This document shows positions 1-12,513 of a stretch of 64,000 nt of DNA, in pieces (positions within the stretch are counted from its first letter, which is position 1; every line of letters starts with the position of its first letter). The position numbers were made by a program, and so were the translations under genes. Where the stretch lies: assembly GCA_951406725.2 (NCBI GenBank), contig OX597827.1, positions 63,922,001 to 63,986,000 of the forward strand. The letters run 5' to 3'. The notes below the pieces were generated by a model. That model was not told the DNA's origin. It searched no databases and was given only the letters and a program-made list of their open reading frames with translations. The stretch comes from Octopus vulgaris (Eukaryota).

Positions 1-1191
1 CATGCGTGTCTGTGCATGTGTCAATGTTTGTCCAACCATACCATTGCTTGAAAACCGATGCTGGTTTGTATATGTACCCATAACTTAGCGGTTCGGCCAT
101 AGTACTGTAATTTCTTTTGTCAACGATGCTATGCTTTTCCTAAAATAAATCTTGAAAATTTAACAAGTGCCACAGAATATGAAAGCTATATATTTGTGAG
201 GGCAGTTTTATGACCAAAGGAGGTTTATTTATGTTAAACAAAACTATGTCTCTGTACTATAAAACAATGATCAGAAAGTTCTATATGTATTAGAATGCCA
301 TTCATGAAACATCTTGGTAAAGTATGAAAGGGCTTGTTTTAGTCCGACGGACAAAACTAGGGGTTACGCAATGCAGTGGATTGAGCTTCAAATTCGAGCT
401 GTAAGGGATGAAATTTGAATAATGATAATAATAATAGGAATAGTCATTACATTAGGGAAATTCTGCTATTTATTGACATCGTGGTAATTGGGAAAGAAGC
501 ACTTGCTATAATTATAGCTATAATGTGGTCTATATTTTGTGTAGCAGAAATAGCCAGCAGGATGGACTGGAAATCTGCAAAATTTTTGTACTGTCAGGAA
601 TACCACAGGAAATAAAAATACGAGTAACAACAACCATGGTAATTCTTTTAATGGTAGCAACCATACTAGGAACAATGATGCACTTATTCTTCTAGACTAT
701 AACGATGGCCATAATAGCATAGGTAAAAATGCAAGTCCTAGCAGTAACAACACAAAACAGAACAGATGAAATAATGGTTTTTGCTTGATAGTTTAACTAT
801 CGATAGGGATCATAACTATATTAAAACAAAAGGCGATAACAGTTTGGTAGCAGATAAAAATGAAATGCAACTATAGGATATATAAAAATGCCTTCTAAAT
901 GGTCATTGTCTGAGTTGTAGCATAGTATATGTGTCTTGCATAATAGACAGTAGAACTCTATCAAAATTAGCTGTTCAGTCATTAAAACAGAAATGCCTAA
1001 GTAGTAGAACTCGATGCAATCCCTGTAATAAACAACTCATCGAGTCCCCACTATCTTCTGAACCACCGAAGGGAGGCTATAACCTTCAGCGTCCATCTAT
1101 TTTTTCAGATCATTTCTTTTTACCATAAATCAATGTTCTGTCCAGGTTGGAATCTTCGTACGTCTCCTACTCCTTGCTCACCCGACTGTGT

Positions 1192-1415
1192 CCCTTTTGT
1201 TACCATATTTTTGTTGAGATGCTTTGTGTTTCTTTCAATTATTTTAAATATAACAAAGAATTTAGTAAAATAACATAGTCATCATTGAGCTAGTGTTAGG
1301 AGCATAAATTGTGACTAAGGTTTCGTGGAAGATTCTAATTCAAAACTTATGAAAACAAGACATTTTACCACAGAGCCAGAGCCGGTTTCAACCGGGTTAG
1401 TATCAAAAGAGTTAA
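1192..1415 (-). mobile_element. piggyBac-like MITE (degenerate reverse copy of the 33678-33906 element)
   Basis: Reverse-complement similarity along its length to 33678-33906 (e.g. gaaaacaagacattt, agagccggtttca); ends ...aaagagttaa. Confidence 0.6.
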
Positions 1416-1785
1416 CTTCCTCATCAGCTGTTTCTATCTTCGTGCTTTAGAATCATACGCGTCGTTAGTCCTTATCTAAATAATTAATTACATTAATCAT
1501 ATATTTCTCTGCATTACCAGCCTGGTTATTTGTAAGTTAAATTGCTTTGAAGACTCGGAGCAACAGCATCTGTCAGGATATGTTGCTGTCCATGAGAAAT
1601 GACCATCAACTTTCGATCTGCGGATTCTCTCGGTTTCCTGCTAAATTTACATATTTTAAAACTCTCTTCTATACAGATACGTTATCATTCCTTTCAATTG
1701 TGCATATATATATACGCACACACACACATATATATATATATATATACATACACACACACACATATATATATACATACATGCATAC

Positions 1786-2017
1786 CTATTTCTTTATTAC
1801 CCACAAGGGGCTAAACACAGAGGGGACAAACAAGGACAGACATAGGTATTAAGTCGATTACATCGACCCCAGTGCGTAACTGGTACTTAATTTATCGACC
1901 CCGAAGGGATGAAAGGCAAAGTCGACCTTGGCGGAATTTGAACTCACAATGTTACGACAGACGAAATACCGCTTAGCATTTTGCCCGGCGTGCTAACGAT
2001 TCTGCCAGTTCGCCGCC
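1786..2017 (-). mobile_element. tRNA-derived SINE family B (MetaSINE-like core)
   Basis: Reverse strand reads ggcggcgaactggcagaatcgttagcacgccggg...gagttcaaattcc (B-box-like)...gcctttcatcccttcggggtcgataaattaagtaccag; many copies in the window. Confidence 0.85.
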
Positions 2018-2021
2018 TACC

Positions 2022-2899
2022 CAAGGTCTGATTAATAAGTATCCGGACTGTTACCATAGTAACGAATCTAAGCCACGTAGAGTGAAACCGCTTGGCACAG
2101 ATTCACCTTGGCCTCTGCTGTGCATGCACAGCAGAGTTTTAATGTTCCAGCTCACTTTCGTTGTTTACAGCAGTGCTTGGAAATAACGTGTGTAACGTGT
2201 GATCATTGCATTAACCATGACAGAAGAAGCTGTCACGACGATATCTGCTCAGAGGCCTATGTAAAGTAGCAGGTGTACTGAGAGGGGTGTATGAGTCACA
2301 CACAATTGTACGAGTGATTCAGACGTTTCCAAGATGACCGAAGAAATATCGATAGTGACGAAAGTTCTGAGAGATCAGCATCCAGCAGTACTGAGTAAAA
2401 CATCGCAGATGTGCGTGCAGCTGTGAGAGGAAATCGTTGAAATACCATGTGTGAGTTATCAGAAGATGTGCTGATTAGTTACGGTTCAGTTCAGTCCATT
2501 ATCACTGAATAATTGGGTATGAGATGTGTATCTACCAAGTGTATACCAAAACTGCTTTCAGCTGACCAAAAAAGACACGGGTTTCAGTCGCACAAGATCT
2601 CCTTGATTGTGTCGAGGCCAATGAAAACGTTCTGAAAACTGTACATAGGCTTCTGAGCAGGTATCACCAAGTTTTGGCAAAATTTGATGCATGTTCTCTG
2701 CTCAACTTCCTCCGTCATGGTCAATCGATCACATGTTACTTCCAGACACTACTGTAAACAGCAGAAGTGAGCTAGAACATTAAAACTTAGTGCACATGCA
2801 CATCAGAGTTTGAGGTCAATCTGTGCCAAGTGGCTTCACTCTGTGTGCTTTAACTTCGTTACTATGGCAACAGTCCGGATACTTATTGATCAGACCTCG
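2022..2899 (+). mobile_element. Internally deleted mariner (Tc1/mariner) transposon with transposase pseudogene remnant
   Basis: Long TIRs (aggtctgattaataagtatccggactgtt / aacagtccggatacttattgatcagacctcg followed by TA). The interior translates to a mariner HTH region with stops: YE*FRRFQDDRRNIDSDE...ELSEDVLISYGSVQSIITE*LGMRCVSTKCIPKLLSADQK. Confidence 0.88.
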
Positions 2900-3030
2900 T
2901 ATATATATATATATATATATATATGCATGCATACATACATACATAGATACACACACACACACACACAGATAGATAGATGACATCGTACTCATCGCCAAAA
3001 CCGTAGATTAGTGATTCAGGCCAGGTTGAC

Positions 3031-3067
<37 letters not shown>

Positions 3068-3875
3068 TTCTTGCTTCATGCATGAGTTACACTGAAATGT
3101 GCCTACTACAGCTATTTTTCTCTGACCACATGTTCAGCAAAGTATACTCGTTATTTACAAAATGTTTTGCTTAAGCTGTGTTAACTCCAGTGTGGTAGAT
3201 CACATGTGAGGAACTTCTATGTTGGCTTTCCATGCAAAATGCACTCCTGTTTGCACTCTTGTGTAGCATACACTCGAGTGAAATTCCCCTCTCCCCTTTA
3301 TTGTATATACGTGCTTTCGAATGTAGCAGGTTACAGCTAGCCTTTGGCCACTATTTGGATCACATTGTGGCCACTTCTCTGATTGCGCCAACTGCTAAGT
3401 ATAACTAAGATCACGTGGGACAACCCCGTTTGAACCTACTGTTTCTTATAAAAACTCACCTTCTCCTCCTCCTTTCAACGTCTTTCAGTTCTAGACCTTT
3501 TTAGCTCTAGCCACTGACCACACAAGAAACAGCCACGAAATCCCAGTCTATTGGATTAATTATAGACGAATCCGTTTCTGGATTAGAACCGAAAGTTCAT
3601 TTGCTTGTCAATATAATATTTCCTATAAATCTAGAAATGCTAGGAAAAAAACACACCCATTACACCAACTCGATCAGGCTACATCGAATGATATAACGGT
3701 CCGCTAGCATCTCTACATTTATATAGACAGGCGAATTCGTATCTCCCTCCAAAATTACCACGTGAGTTACAAAAACATTACCAACGAAATGAAGTTTCGC
3801 AAATTAATTGTATGGGAGTGTAGCAATATCGTCTCTCAGTGCTATCTTCACTGTTTGAGAAGAGTATATAGAATG

Positions 3876-5183
3876 ACCTCGGTCGAGATTACAAACAGCT
3901 TTGGCTAGTTCAACATTGATGTAAACACTAATTCGATTGGCTGACACATTCCAAACTTATGTGTATTGCCGCTGCATGTAAAATATAGTCAGTAAAATAT
4001 ATTATTAAGAATAGGATCACGTTACTATTTTTATACTGGTGACCCCTTTAATACGCAGGACTTCTGATATACTGCGCGGCCAACGGTAGACATAAGTTAC
4101 GGAATTACCTCGGTCGAGATTACAAACAGCTTTGGCTAGTTCAACATTGATGTAAACACTAATTCGATTGGCTGACACGTTGGTCTCTACTACGCTCGCA
4201 CCGCTGGTTATAACTTGGCGCAAAATGTCTCGACTTATTTTCGCGCCATAGTGCCAAGCAGCCAATCACAGCTTTCCATTTCTGAATTTCACTGGGAGCC
4301 TGATGAACCTTATAAATAAGGTTTCTCAGAAGAATATTCGTCTGAGGTTTCCAGTCCTTCTCAGGGCGAACCTCTGACCACACACAGAGCTCGTCTTAGG
4401 CTTTTAGTTCTTTTAAGAACTAAGTCTCTGACCACACAGAGAATACTCGACCAAGTTCCAGTTTCGAGGCAGGCGACCACCATTAATACAAGATGTTACA
4501 GATACCTCTCATACTGTTAGTGTGAAAAATCACCATGAAGAAAACGGTTACAAGATATCTATAACTAGAGAAACATAACCAAGCAGAACATATAATGAAG
4601 AAGCAGCAAGAACCAATCGACAAACATCGAAGATTTAAATTGTACACGAGACAACTACAGATTCAACTATAGCGGTTAGGTGAAATTCTCGCCACGAAGA
4701 AAACGGCTACAGTAACATGTCTGGAAGTATATTCATATCAAGAGAAAGATAAACACAACGAGTGATTCAATTAATCTCAACTGCGACACGCAATACCTTG
4801 ATATAGAACTCTTACAGTGTACCTCATAAACGATAAATCAATTATCTGTTTCTTGGGTTCTAGTTTCTTCTAAGAACTACCTTAAGCCATCTGTTATTAC
4901 CTGTTGCCAAGCCGATACCAACAACATTAACTGTGAATCAAATCCCATCGTTAATTCACTGGTCAGTACCTTTTTACGCCTAACGAACACACAGACACAA
5001 AAACATGCGAACACTTACAAACTTCCAACATCAAACATGATTGTAAAATATGTAAAATAAATAATGTATATATCTTAAAAAGAAATCTTGTTGTCATTCC
5101 AAACTTATGTGTATTGCCGCTGCATGTAAAATATAGTCAGTAAATTATATTATTAAAAATAGGATCACGTTACTATTTTTATA
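3876..5183 (+). mobile_element. Degenerate LTR-like element: split direct repeats plus PBS-like motif
   Basis: 3876-3946 recurs at ~4107-4177, and 3947-4034 recurs at ~5096-5183. TGGTGACCCC (4037-4046) directly follows the first LTR-like end and is complementary to the 3' end of tRNA-Trp. Confidence 0.45.
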
Positions 5184-5406
5184 GGAGTAATAGTATTCAA
5201 TACACATAAAGGGTGAAATATAATTCATTAATTAAAATTAATAAATTTCACCTAATAGTTTTTTCTGTATGGAAATGACCATATTTGGTAAGAATTCAGT
5301 ATATATATAACGGGAAGCTTTATGAAAATAAACAAAAGACGAAGGCAGGTGGAAAACAAACGAACAATTGTATTAGTATGGCGCTCAGGAAATATAAATA
5401 AAACAA

Positions 5407-5445
5407 GTCTTTAACGTTTCGAGCCTACGCTCTTCAACAGAAAGA
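5407..5445 (-). ncRNA. Minimal type I hammerhead ribozyme-like motif (Penelope-associated, core variant)
   Basis: Reverse strand tcttt-CTGTTGA-a-gagc-gtag-gctc-GAAA-cgtt-aaaga: stem I tcttt/aaaga, stem II gagc/gctc. The core CUGAUGA is altered to CUGUUGA. Confidence 0.6.
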
Positions 5446-6269
5446 TACACAGAGAGAGAAAAACACAGAAAGAAGGAGAGAAAAAAAATGCGTGCAGTAG
5501 CTAACGAATCAACATGGCGATCTGATTTCGACCAGAGGTCAAAGATCAAACATGAGACGCGAGAGCGAAATAAGGGGAGATAATAGGGTTGATAAAAGGG
5601 TTGAGGGACCAGCTAAAAGTGTGTGGAAGGGGTCTGGATGTGTGTATGTATAGGGTTGGTGTATGTATTAGTATGTATAAGGGTGTGTGTGTGTGTGTGT
5701 GTGTGTATGAGAGAGTATTAGTGCGTAAGATTGGTCTGGACGTGCGTATGTATGGGGTTGGTGTATGTATTAGTATGTATTAGTACGTATTGGTACGTAT
5801 AGGTGTGTGTGTGTGTGTGAGAGAGTATAAGTGCGTATGCGGGGTCTGGACGTGTGTATGTATAGGGTTGGTGTAAGTATTAGTATGTACTAGTATGTAT
5901 TAGTACGTATTAGTATGTATTAGTTGGTGTGTGTATTAGTATGGCACATCATATGTGATGTGATGTGTAAAGTCATGTGGTGTAGTGAGGAGAAGAGGGG
6001 GAGGGAGAGAAGGGGAGGGGAAGAAGAGGGGGAGGAGAAGGGGGAAGAGGAGACGATGGGGGAGAAGGAAGGTGAGGAGGGGGATGAAGGAGGAAAGAGG
6101 GAGAGGGGGAGAGAGAGGGAGTGAGGGAGCAGAGGGAAGGGGAAGAGGGAGGGAGAAAGAGGGGAAGAAGGGAAGGGGAGTAGGGGTGAAAGGATGAAGG
6201 ACTGAAGAAGTAGGGGTCGGGGGAGAAAGGATAGGTGAGGAGGGGGAGAGGGGGGTTAGATGAGGAGGG

Positions 6270-6475
6270 GGGAGAGTTGAGACCAAATGGCGTATAAGAG
6301 CGAAGAGAGAAGATTAATTCCTGTTCACGGCGCAAACGGGAATCCGGATGGCCTCTGTGTAAGGACAAACCAAACACAGATAGGTGTTGCAAGGAGTGAC
6401 CGGTGGAGCGGAAATGGCGTGAGACCGGTGTGTCGTTCGCAAGGTGGATGTCACGAAGGTGTTCCGCGAATAATT
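6270..6475 (-). pseudogene. Penelope-like element GIY-YIG endonuclease C-terminal fragment
   Basis: Minus-strand translation LFAEHLRDIHLANDTPVSRHFRSTGHS...RLRREQELIFSLRSYTPFGLN matches the EH...PV..HF...H / R..RE...I..L....P.GLN signature of Penelope GIY-YIG domains. Confidence 0.85.
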
Positions 6476-6497
6476 TTACATATATATATTTATACAC

Positions 6498-6628
6498 ACA
6501 CACTAGCGTGGCTAGAGTGGATGTCACCCCCGGACTCCACAAAATACACATGGCCTATAGCAATAGCCTACAACAGGATGAATGTGCCGCCCCTTCCCAC
6601 CCCCAGCTATACTAGTATGTGCATGTAC

Positions 6629-6687
<59 letters not shown>

Positions 6688-7142
6688 ATTCGTTTTCAGA
6701 ATGAGATAAAAAATACCAAGGCTGTGAAGGTTTTCGAAAATTTTAAATAAAACACTTGATTCAGTAGCACTGTGTACTAACTCTGTACTTGGAATGACCA
6801 ATTTTAAATACTATTGGATTTTACTCACAAGGTATTGGAATCTTATATGTATACCATTCTGCCTAAATAAAAGATCTACAAATGCAGTATCCCTGCATAT
6901 CTCACATCCATTGTCATTCCTCCACTTCACTCTCTATTTCGTATCTTATTTAAATTAACTATTGCTTAACCATCTTCTCACACTGTCTCTGATGAAGGGA
7001 TGTAATAAATATCCTGGAAACAGCTGTAAGACCTATTTATAAATGTTCTAAAATCTCCACAGCTTTGGTTTTTAATTTCATTCTGAAAAATAATTTTTCA
7101 TATATACACATACTGTATATGACCTACGTTAGACTCCTTATT
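6498..7142 (+). repeat. ~640-bp direct duplication, copy 1 (copy 2 at 10024-10660); includes a Penelope-type pLTR with hammerhead
   Basis: Near-identical sequence from cacactagcgtgg... to ...ttagactccttatt in both places, including the internal (TA)n tract. Confidence 0.9.
6985..7033 (+). ncRNA. Minimal type I hammerhead ribozyme
   Basis: gtct-CTGATGA-agggat...atcctg-GAAA-cagctgta-agac: intact core boxes, stem I gtct/agac, stem II ggat/atcc, palindromic stem III acagctgt with a GUA cleavage triplet. Confidence 0.75.
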
Positions 7143-7164
7143 TGCATAATCTTGTATACGCTTA

Positions 7165-8488
7165 CATCTGTACCCAGTGTAAGCTATGGACACATAAGAG
7201 GTGCAGTAATGTCCAAGGTAGGCTAACTGGGAAGATAGTTTTTATATGTGGCAGATGCTCAGGAGCAATAAGCACTGAAAATCTGCAGAAAACGACTTCC
7301 GTCACTTTCCAGAGGGGGGAAACTAGAAGTAGTTGATAGCTCCCGTTACCTAGATGACCAAGTCAGTAGCAGGGGTGGGGGTGCTGAAAGTGTAACTGCT
7401 AGAGTAAGAATAGCCTGGGCAAAGTTCAGGGAGCTCTTACCTTTGCTGGTGACAAAAGGCCTCTCGCTCAGAGTAAAAGGCAGACTGTATGATTCATGTG
7501 TGCGAACAGCCATACTACATGGCAGGGAAACATGGGCCGTGACTACTGAGGATATGCATAAGCTCACAAGGAATGAAGCCAGTATGCTCCGATGGATGTG
7601 TAATGTCAGTGTACATACTCGACAGAGTGTAAGTACCTTGAGAGAAAAGTTGGATCTAAGAAGCATCAACTGTGGTGTGCAAGAGAGACGATTGCGCTGG
7701 TATGGTCATGTGGTGAGAATGGATGAAGATAGGTGTGTGAAAAATGCCAATCCCTAGCGGATGAGGGAACCCATGGAAGAGATAGACCCAGGAAAACCTG
7801 AGACGAGGTGGTGAAGCACGACCTTCGAACATTAGGCCTCACTGAGGCAATGACTAGTGACTGAGACCTTTGGAAATATGCTGTGCGTGAGAAGACCCGG
7901 CAGGACAAATAAGTCCATCCTGTGTCCCTTGCCAGGGATGAAGCTAGCCCTGTTATGCATGCCTTTCTTTCCTTGGACACACGAAGACCTGTTGAGGCAA
8001 ATGAAGTCGAAATTGAATTCGAAATTGAACCTCATCCGACAACAGGCACCCATGCCAACTTCCCTTTATTGGACACTAAACTCTGCTTGTGAAGACCAGT
8101 TGGGGCAAGTGAAATCGGAATCAAAATTGAACCAATCCTATGACTGACACCCGGCAGTTACTAGTGCTGCTGGACTGACTCCTGTGCAGGTGGCAAGTAA
8201 AGAAACACCGTTTCAACCCTGTGCTTGAGGAGACCTATTGAGTCAAGTACAACAACATCAAAAATCAACAGAAATTGTAGTCATGATCCCTGTGCTGGTG
8301 GCACGTAAAAAGCACCCGCTACACTCACGGAGTGGTTGGCGTTAGGAAGGGCATCCAGCTGTAGAAACACTGCCAGATCAGACTGGAGCCTGGTGCAGCC
8401 TTCTGGCTTCCCAGATCCTGGTTGAACCGTCCAACCCATGCTAGCATGGTGAACGGACATTAGATGATGATGATGATGATGATGATGA
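7165..8488 (+). mobile_element. RTE-clade LINE 3' fragment (PHD-like Cys cluster, RT C-terminus, 3' tail ending in (GAT)n)
   Basis: Frameshifted translation CTQCKLWTHKRC...CGRC, then ...ARVRIAWAKFRELLPLL...KGRLYDSCVRTAILHGRETW...ERRLRWYGHVVRM, typical of the RTE ORF C-terminus; (GAT)n at ~8463-8488. Confidence 0.88.
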
Positions 8489-9495
8489 TATATATATATA
8501 TATATATATATCACCGTGACTGACCAAGCTATCAGATGTTGCTACACATCGCTGGTCACAATGCGCTTTGCATTGCTTTAGCCTTCAAATGACGCCACCC
8601 CACCCCTAAGCGAGCAGGCCAACAGAAGAAAGAGTGAGAGAAAGTTGTGGCGAAAAAGTACAGCAGGGATCACCACCACCACCTGCTGGAGCCATGTGGA
8701 ACTGTAGGTGTTTTCGCTCAATAAACAATCACAACGCCCAGTCGGGGAATCAAAACTATGATCCTACAACCACGAGTCTGCTGCCCTAACCACTGGACCA
8801 TTGCACCTCCACACATATATATATATATATGTATATATAGATATATAGATATATATGCATACATATATATGTACACATATATATACATGCATATATATAT
8901 ATATATATACACAACCGCAGAAATTGTATTCACCTCAATGGACCTCATTGATTGGTTGAAATTGCTGAAATGCAAGAAATTTAATAAGAAATAGCTTACA
9001 AACTACAGAATTTTCTCAAGAAAGCCAAGAAAAAAAGATGTTTTATGTAACACATTCTACCAGTATACAAAGTTTAAAAGTGTTTAATTACAAAGAAATT
9101 ATTTTAAAAATCTGCCGGTCAAATTGAAAAGATCCGGAAAAACATCAATACGTGTGAGAGTGAAAACCAAGGGTGGTTTGGGATACGCTAGAAACAACAG
9201 CCAAATCTCCCTTAAATTGTACACCTTTCTTTTGAAAATGTTTTCATTCTTTTACCGAAAAGTCTCCTTCCGTGGATCCCTATATACTCTGAATTCACAA
9301 CATCTATGAAGTATCTGTTGAAAATTTCCGTAAAAAGCATCCCTTTTTCTGGAAGTTATGAGGCAACAAAGTCATGTGGGGTACATATCTCTAGATATGC
9401 CAAAGTGAAAATAATGATTTGTCATGAATTCTGGGGCATTATCACGTACAAATGCACACACGTACGCAAGCATGAACACTGATTCATTTAACATT

Positions 9496-9638
9496 TCAGC
9501 AGGCATTGTTAATCACATTAAAAACTATTTGGTAACTGATAACAATAAACTAAAAGGTTTACCCAGAAACTCTAATCAATAAACTTTTAAAAGGTTTACC
9601 CAGAAACTCTAATCAATAAACTTTATAAGACTGACTTC
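9496..9638 (+). promoter_or_regulatory. Putative promoter of small-gene paralog copy 1
   Basis: TCAGCAGGC at 9496-9504 is shared with copies 2 and 3. A 37-bp tandem duplication (9551-9624) doubles TTACCCAGAA, which aligns to the GAS site TTCCCAGAA of copy 3. A partial IRF-type site AAAGTGAAAA lies upstream at 9402-9411. Confidence 0.5.
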
Positions 9639-9681
9639 CTCTGCTTCACAGAAAGAACTTTATAATACTCAAGAGATACAG
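9639..9681 (+). other. Putative non-coding exon 1 of paralog copy 1
   Basis: gacttcctctgcttc...aagagatacag|GTGAGT (donor 9682-9687), followed by ttgtttaattgt. Aligns with 27586-27650 and with 36239-36330, including the intron start. Confidence 0.6.
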
Positions 9682-10023
9682 GTGAGTTTGTTTAATTGTA
9701 TTCATTCTCATACATTTATATCAAACAAACCTACATGTTTAATTAATTCAATAAGACTTCTATAATTTATTAGCATAGTGTCTTTTCCATAAGCAATCTG
9801 TATATTTATCTTTTACTTGTTTCAATTATTTGATTGTGGCCATGGGACTCCATTTTAGGCCAGGCCAAGTACTTATTCTACAGGTTTCTTTTGGTAAACA
9901 GCTTGAAAACACGGGGTGCAAACATAATAACATCATTAGTCAAGCGGTGGCTGGGGACAAAATATCTCAAAGACACACATACACAGTTCATATATATATT
10001 TATATACACTAACACACACAGAC

Positions 10024-10147
10024 ACACTAGCGTGGTAAGAGTGGATGTTGCCCCCGGACTCCACAAAATACACATTGCCTATAGCAATAGCCTACAACAG
10101 GATGAAAGTGCCGCCCCTGCCCACCCCCAGCTATACTAGTATGTGCA

Positions 10148-10206
<59 letters not shown>

Positions 10207-10660
10207 GTAATTCGTTTTCAGAGATAAAAAATACCAAGGCTGTGAAGGTTTTTGAAAATTTTAAATAAAACACTTGATTCAGTAGCACTGTGTACTAACT
10301 CTGTACTTGGAATGACCAATTTTAAATACTATTGGATTTTACTCACAAGGTATTGGAATCTTATATGTATACCATTCTGCCTAAATAAAAGATCTACAAA
10401 TGCAGTACCCCTGCATATCTTACATCTATTATCATTCCTCCAATTCACTCTCTATTTCGTATCTTATTTAAATTAACTATTGCTTAACCATCTTCTCACA
10501 CTGTCTCTGATGAAGGGATGAAATAAATATCCTGGAAACAACTGTACGACCTATTTATAAATGTTCTAAAATCTTCACAGCCTTGGTTTTTAATTTCATT
10601 CTGAAAAATAATTTTTCATATATACACATACTGTATATGACCTACATTAGACTCCTTATT
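10024..10660 (+). repeat. ~640-bp direct duplication, copy 2, with hammerhead motif at 10507-10538
   Basis: Near-identical to 6498-7142. CTGATGA...GAAA is retained, but stems III and I carry substitutions (caactgtacgac). Confidence 0.9.
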
Positions 10661-10944
10661 CGCTTAATCACCAAACCTGGAGCTTAACTATGATCTATGA
10701 GTGTATACACACACACATAAATATGTATATATACATATATATGTACATATTTATATACATACATACAAACATATATACATATAAATCTGTATATATATAT
10801 ATATCTTTACGCTTAAATATATATTTCATTTCTCCTTAGCCTTCACGTGACACAGTTGTTAATGTTTATTTCAGTTGGGTCACGCCCTTCCAATTGCTAT
10901 AGATTCGTAATGAATCTTATGGCTGTGCCTGTCGCCTGCATGGT

Positions 10945-11800
10945 GAGGAATGTGTGTCTGTCTGTCTGTCTGTGTGTTTCCCTAAAACCTGAGCTACATA
11001 ACCAATTTCATTCAAATTTTACACATGCCTTACTTAGGGTCCATGTAGTTTCATGGACAAAAAAAATGTTCAACTTCTTGCCTAGAGCGAGCCCATAGCA
11101 ATATCATATCTTCTCCACTATTTCAGTATTACGTGTTAAAAGTGAAACAAAAATAGTTCTCTATTTTATGTCAGATGCTTTCATTTTAACAATAAAAATA
11201 ATAATAACAATTGAATTATATGTAGTAAGTAATAATTAAAATCAAACTAAAGTATAATATAATCGTAACATAGCAAAAGTAAAAATAGCAATTGGTATAA
11301 AATTGCATTAATGATTTGAACTGGTTTCATATGAATGGGAATAAATTAAAAATAAGATTAGCGTGCAGAAATTGAATAGTCCAGATGGATAATAAAAAAT
11401 TAAATTAAAGAAAAGACTATTGTCTATAAAGTATACAATGTAGAGAAAAAAGAAGAGCTAACAATTCCAGTCTGTTATATATTTTGAGTATTGTTATCAC
11501 TAGCGATATCAAGATATAACTTTGTATTTTGCATTTTATGTGTAGATGTATATATATAGATGTACATGTAATATGTACACATATATACATGCACTAGCAC
11601 TATGACCCGGCAATGACGGGTCTTTAATGCTAGTATATATATATATAACTGAGAATGTGTGTTTGTTTGTCTGTGTGAATCCCTAAAACTCAAGAAGTAT
11701 CGAACTGATTTCATTCAAAGTTTACACATGCATTACTTAGGGTCCATGGAGTGTCATAGGCCAAAAAATTTTCAACTGCTTGCCTAATGCAGACCCAGGC
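10945..11800 (+). mobile_element. Non-autonomous Helitron-like element followed head-to-tail by the 5' end of a second copy
   Basis: 3' hairpin acccg-gcaatga-cgggt then CTAG|T at 11630-11634; highly similar to 14265-15279 but lacking ~300 bp of its interior. Confidence 0.7.
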
Positions 11801-12047
11801 AATTTTATTAAAAAAATTTACTCTTAAGTATTTCAAGATATTTTTGTGTAATTTTGGTAAATATATCTGTTAAAATGATATGTCAGTATTATTTTCATTT
11901 TTGCATAATTTACACAATTTATTCACTGCACTGTATTTCTTACATGATGTCTAATTGGCTCATTTTTCCTGCTCCTTTTTTAAATAGCCTTTAGCAATAC
12001 ATTGGTGTTAAGAAATTATCCATGAACCCAATAATGTAGAATTTAAA

Positions 12048-12513
12048 TACCCTAAATCCTTGAGTATAGTCCGCCCTTGAGGGGATTTTTAGGGGGCTGT
12101 ACCTTTGAAAAACCTAAACCTTGTGTATAATATGCACCCCTTCTCTAACTTGAGTCATGGAGGTCTATATAACGTCCTTGGTTTGTAAAAATGTATACGG
12201 TAACGTCCTTTATTATTATTGTATATATAACATAATGCAAACGTGTAGCTTTTTTTGTGCATTTTGTTTGCAGAAAATAAAAAAATAACAGTCAAAACGT
12301 TTAATAAATGTTGCAAGTTATGGATGATTTAAGGTATTTTCGCGCCCGACATCATAAAATGCGTCTGAATAAACATTGCCGGACAGCAAATAGAGACTCG
12401 GACATTGCTTAGAAAATATTTTTTATTTTTAACCTCGTATACAGTATGCACTAGGGATTTTGACCTTTAAATGTTTGGGAAAAAATGCGGATTATACTCG
12501 AGGATTTACAGTA
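12048..12513. mobile_element. Tc1/mariner-superfamily MITE
   Basis: Imperfect ~27-bp TIRs, taccctaaatccttgagtatagtccgc / gcggattatactcgaggatttacagta, with TA ends. Confidence 0.65.

Noticed and set aside
280-1000. Asn-rich decayed coding-like sequence, possibly Penelope 5' region
   Set aside because: Too degenerate; no motif to support a call.
5924-6286. Glu/Gly/Arg-rich and Pro/Ser-rich ORFs
   Set aside because: Purine-rich low-complexity tract in the Penelope 3' region, open in several frames.
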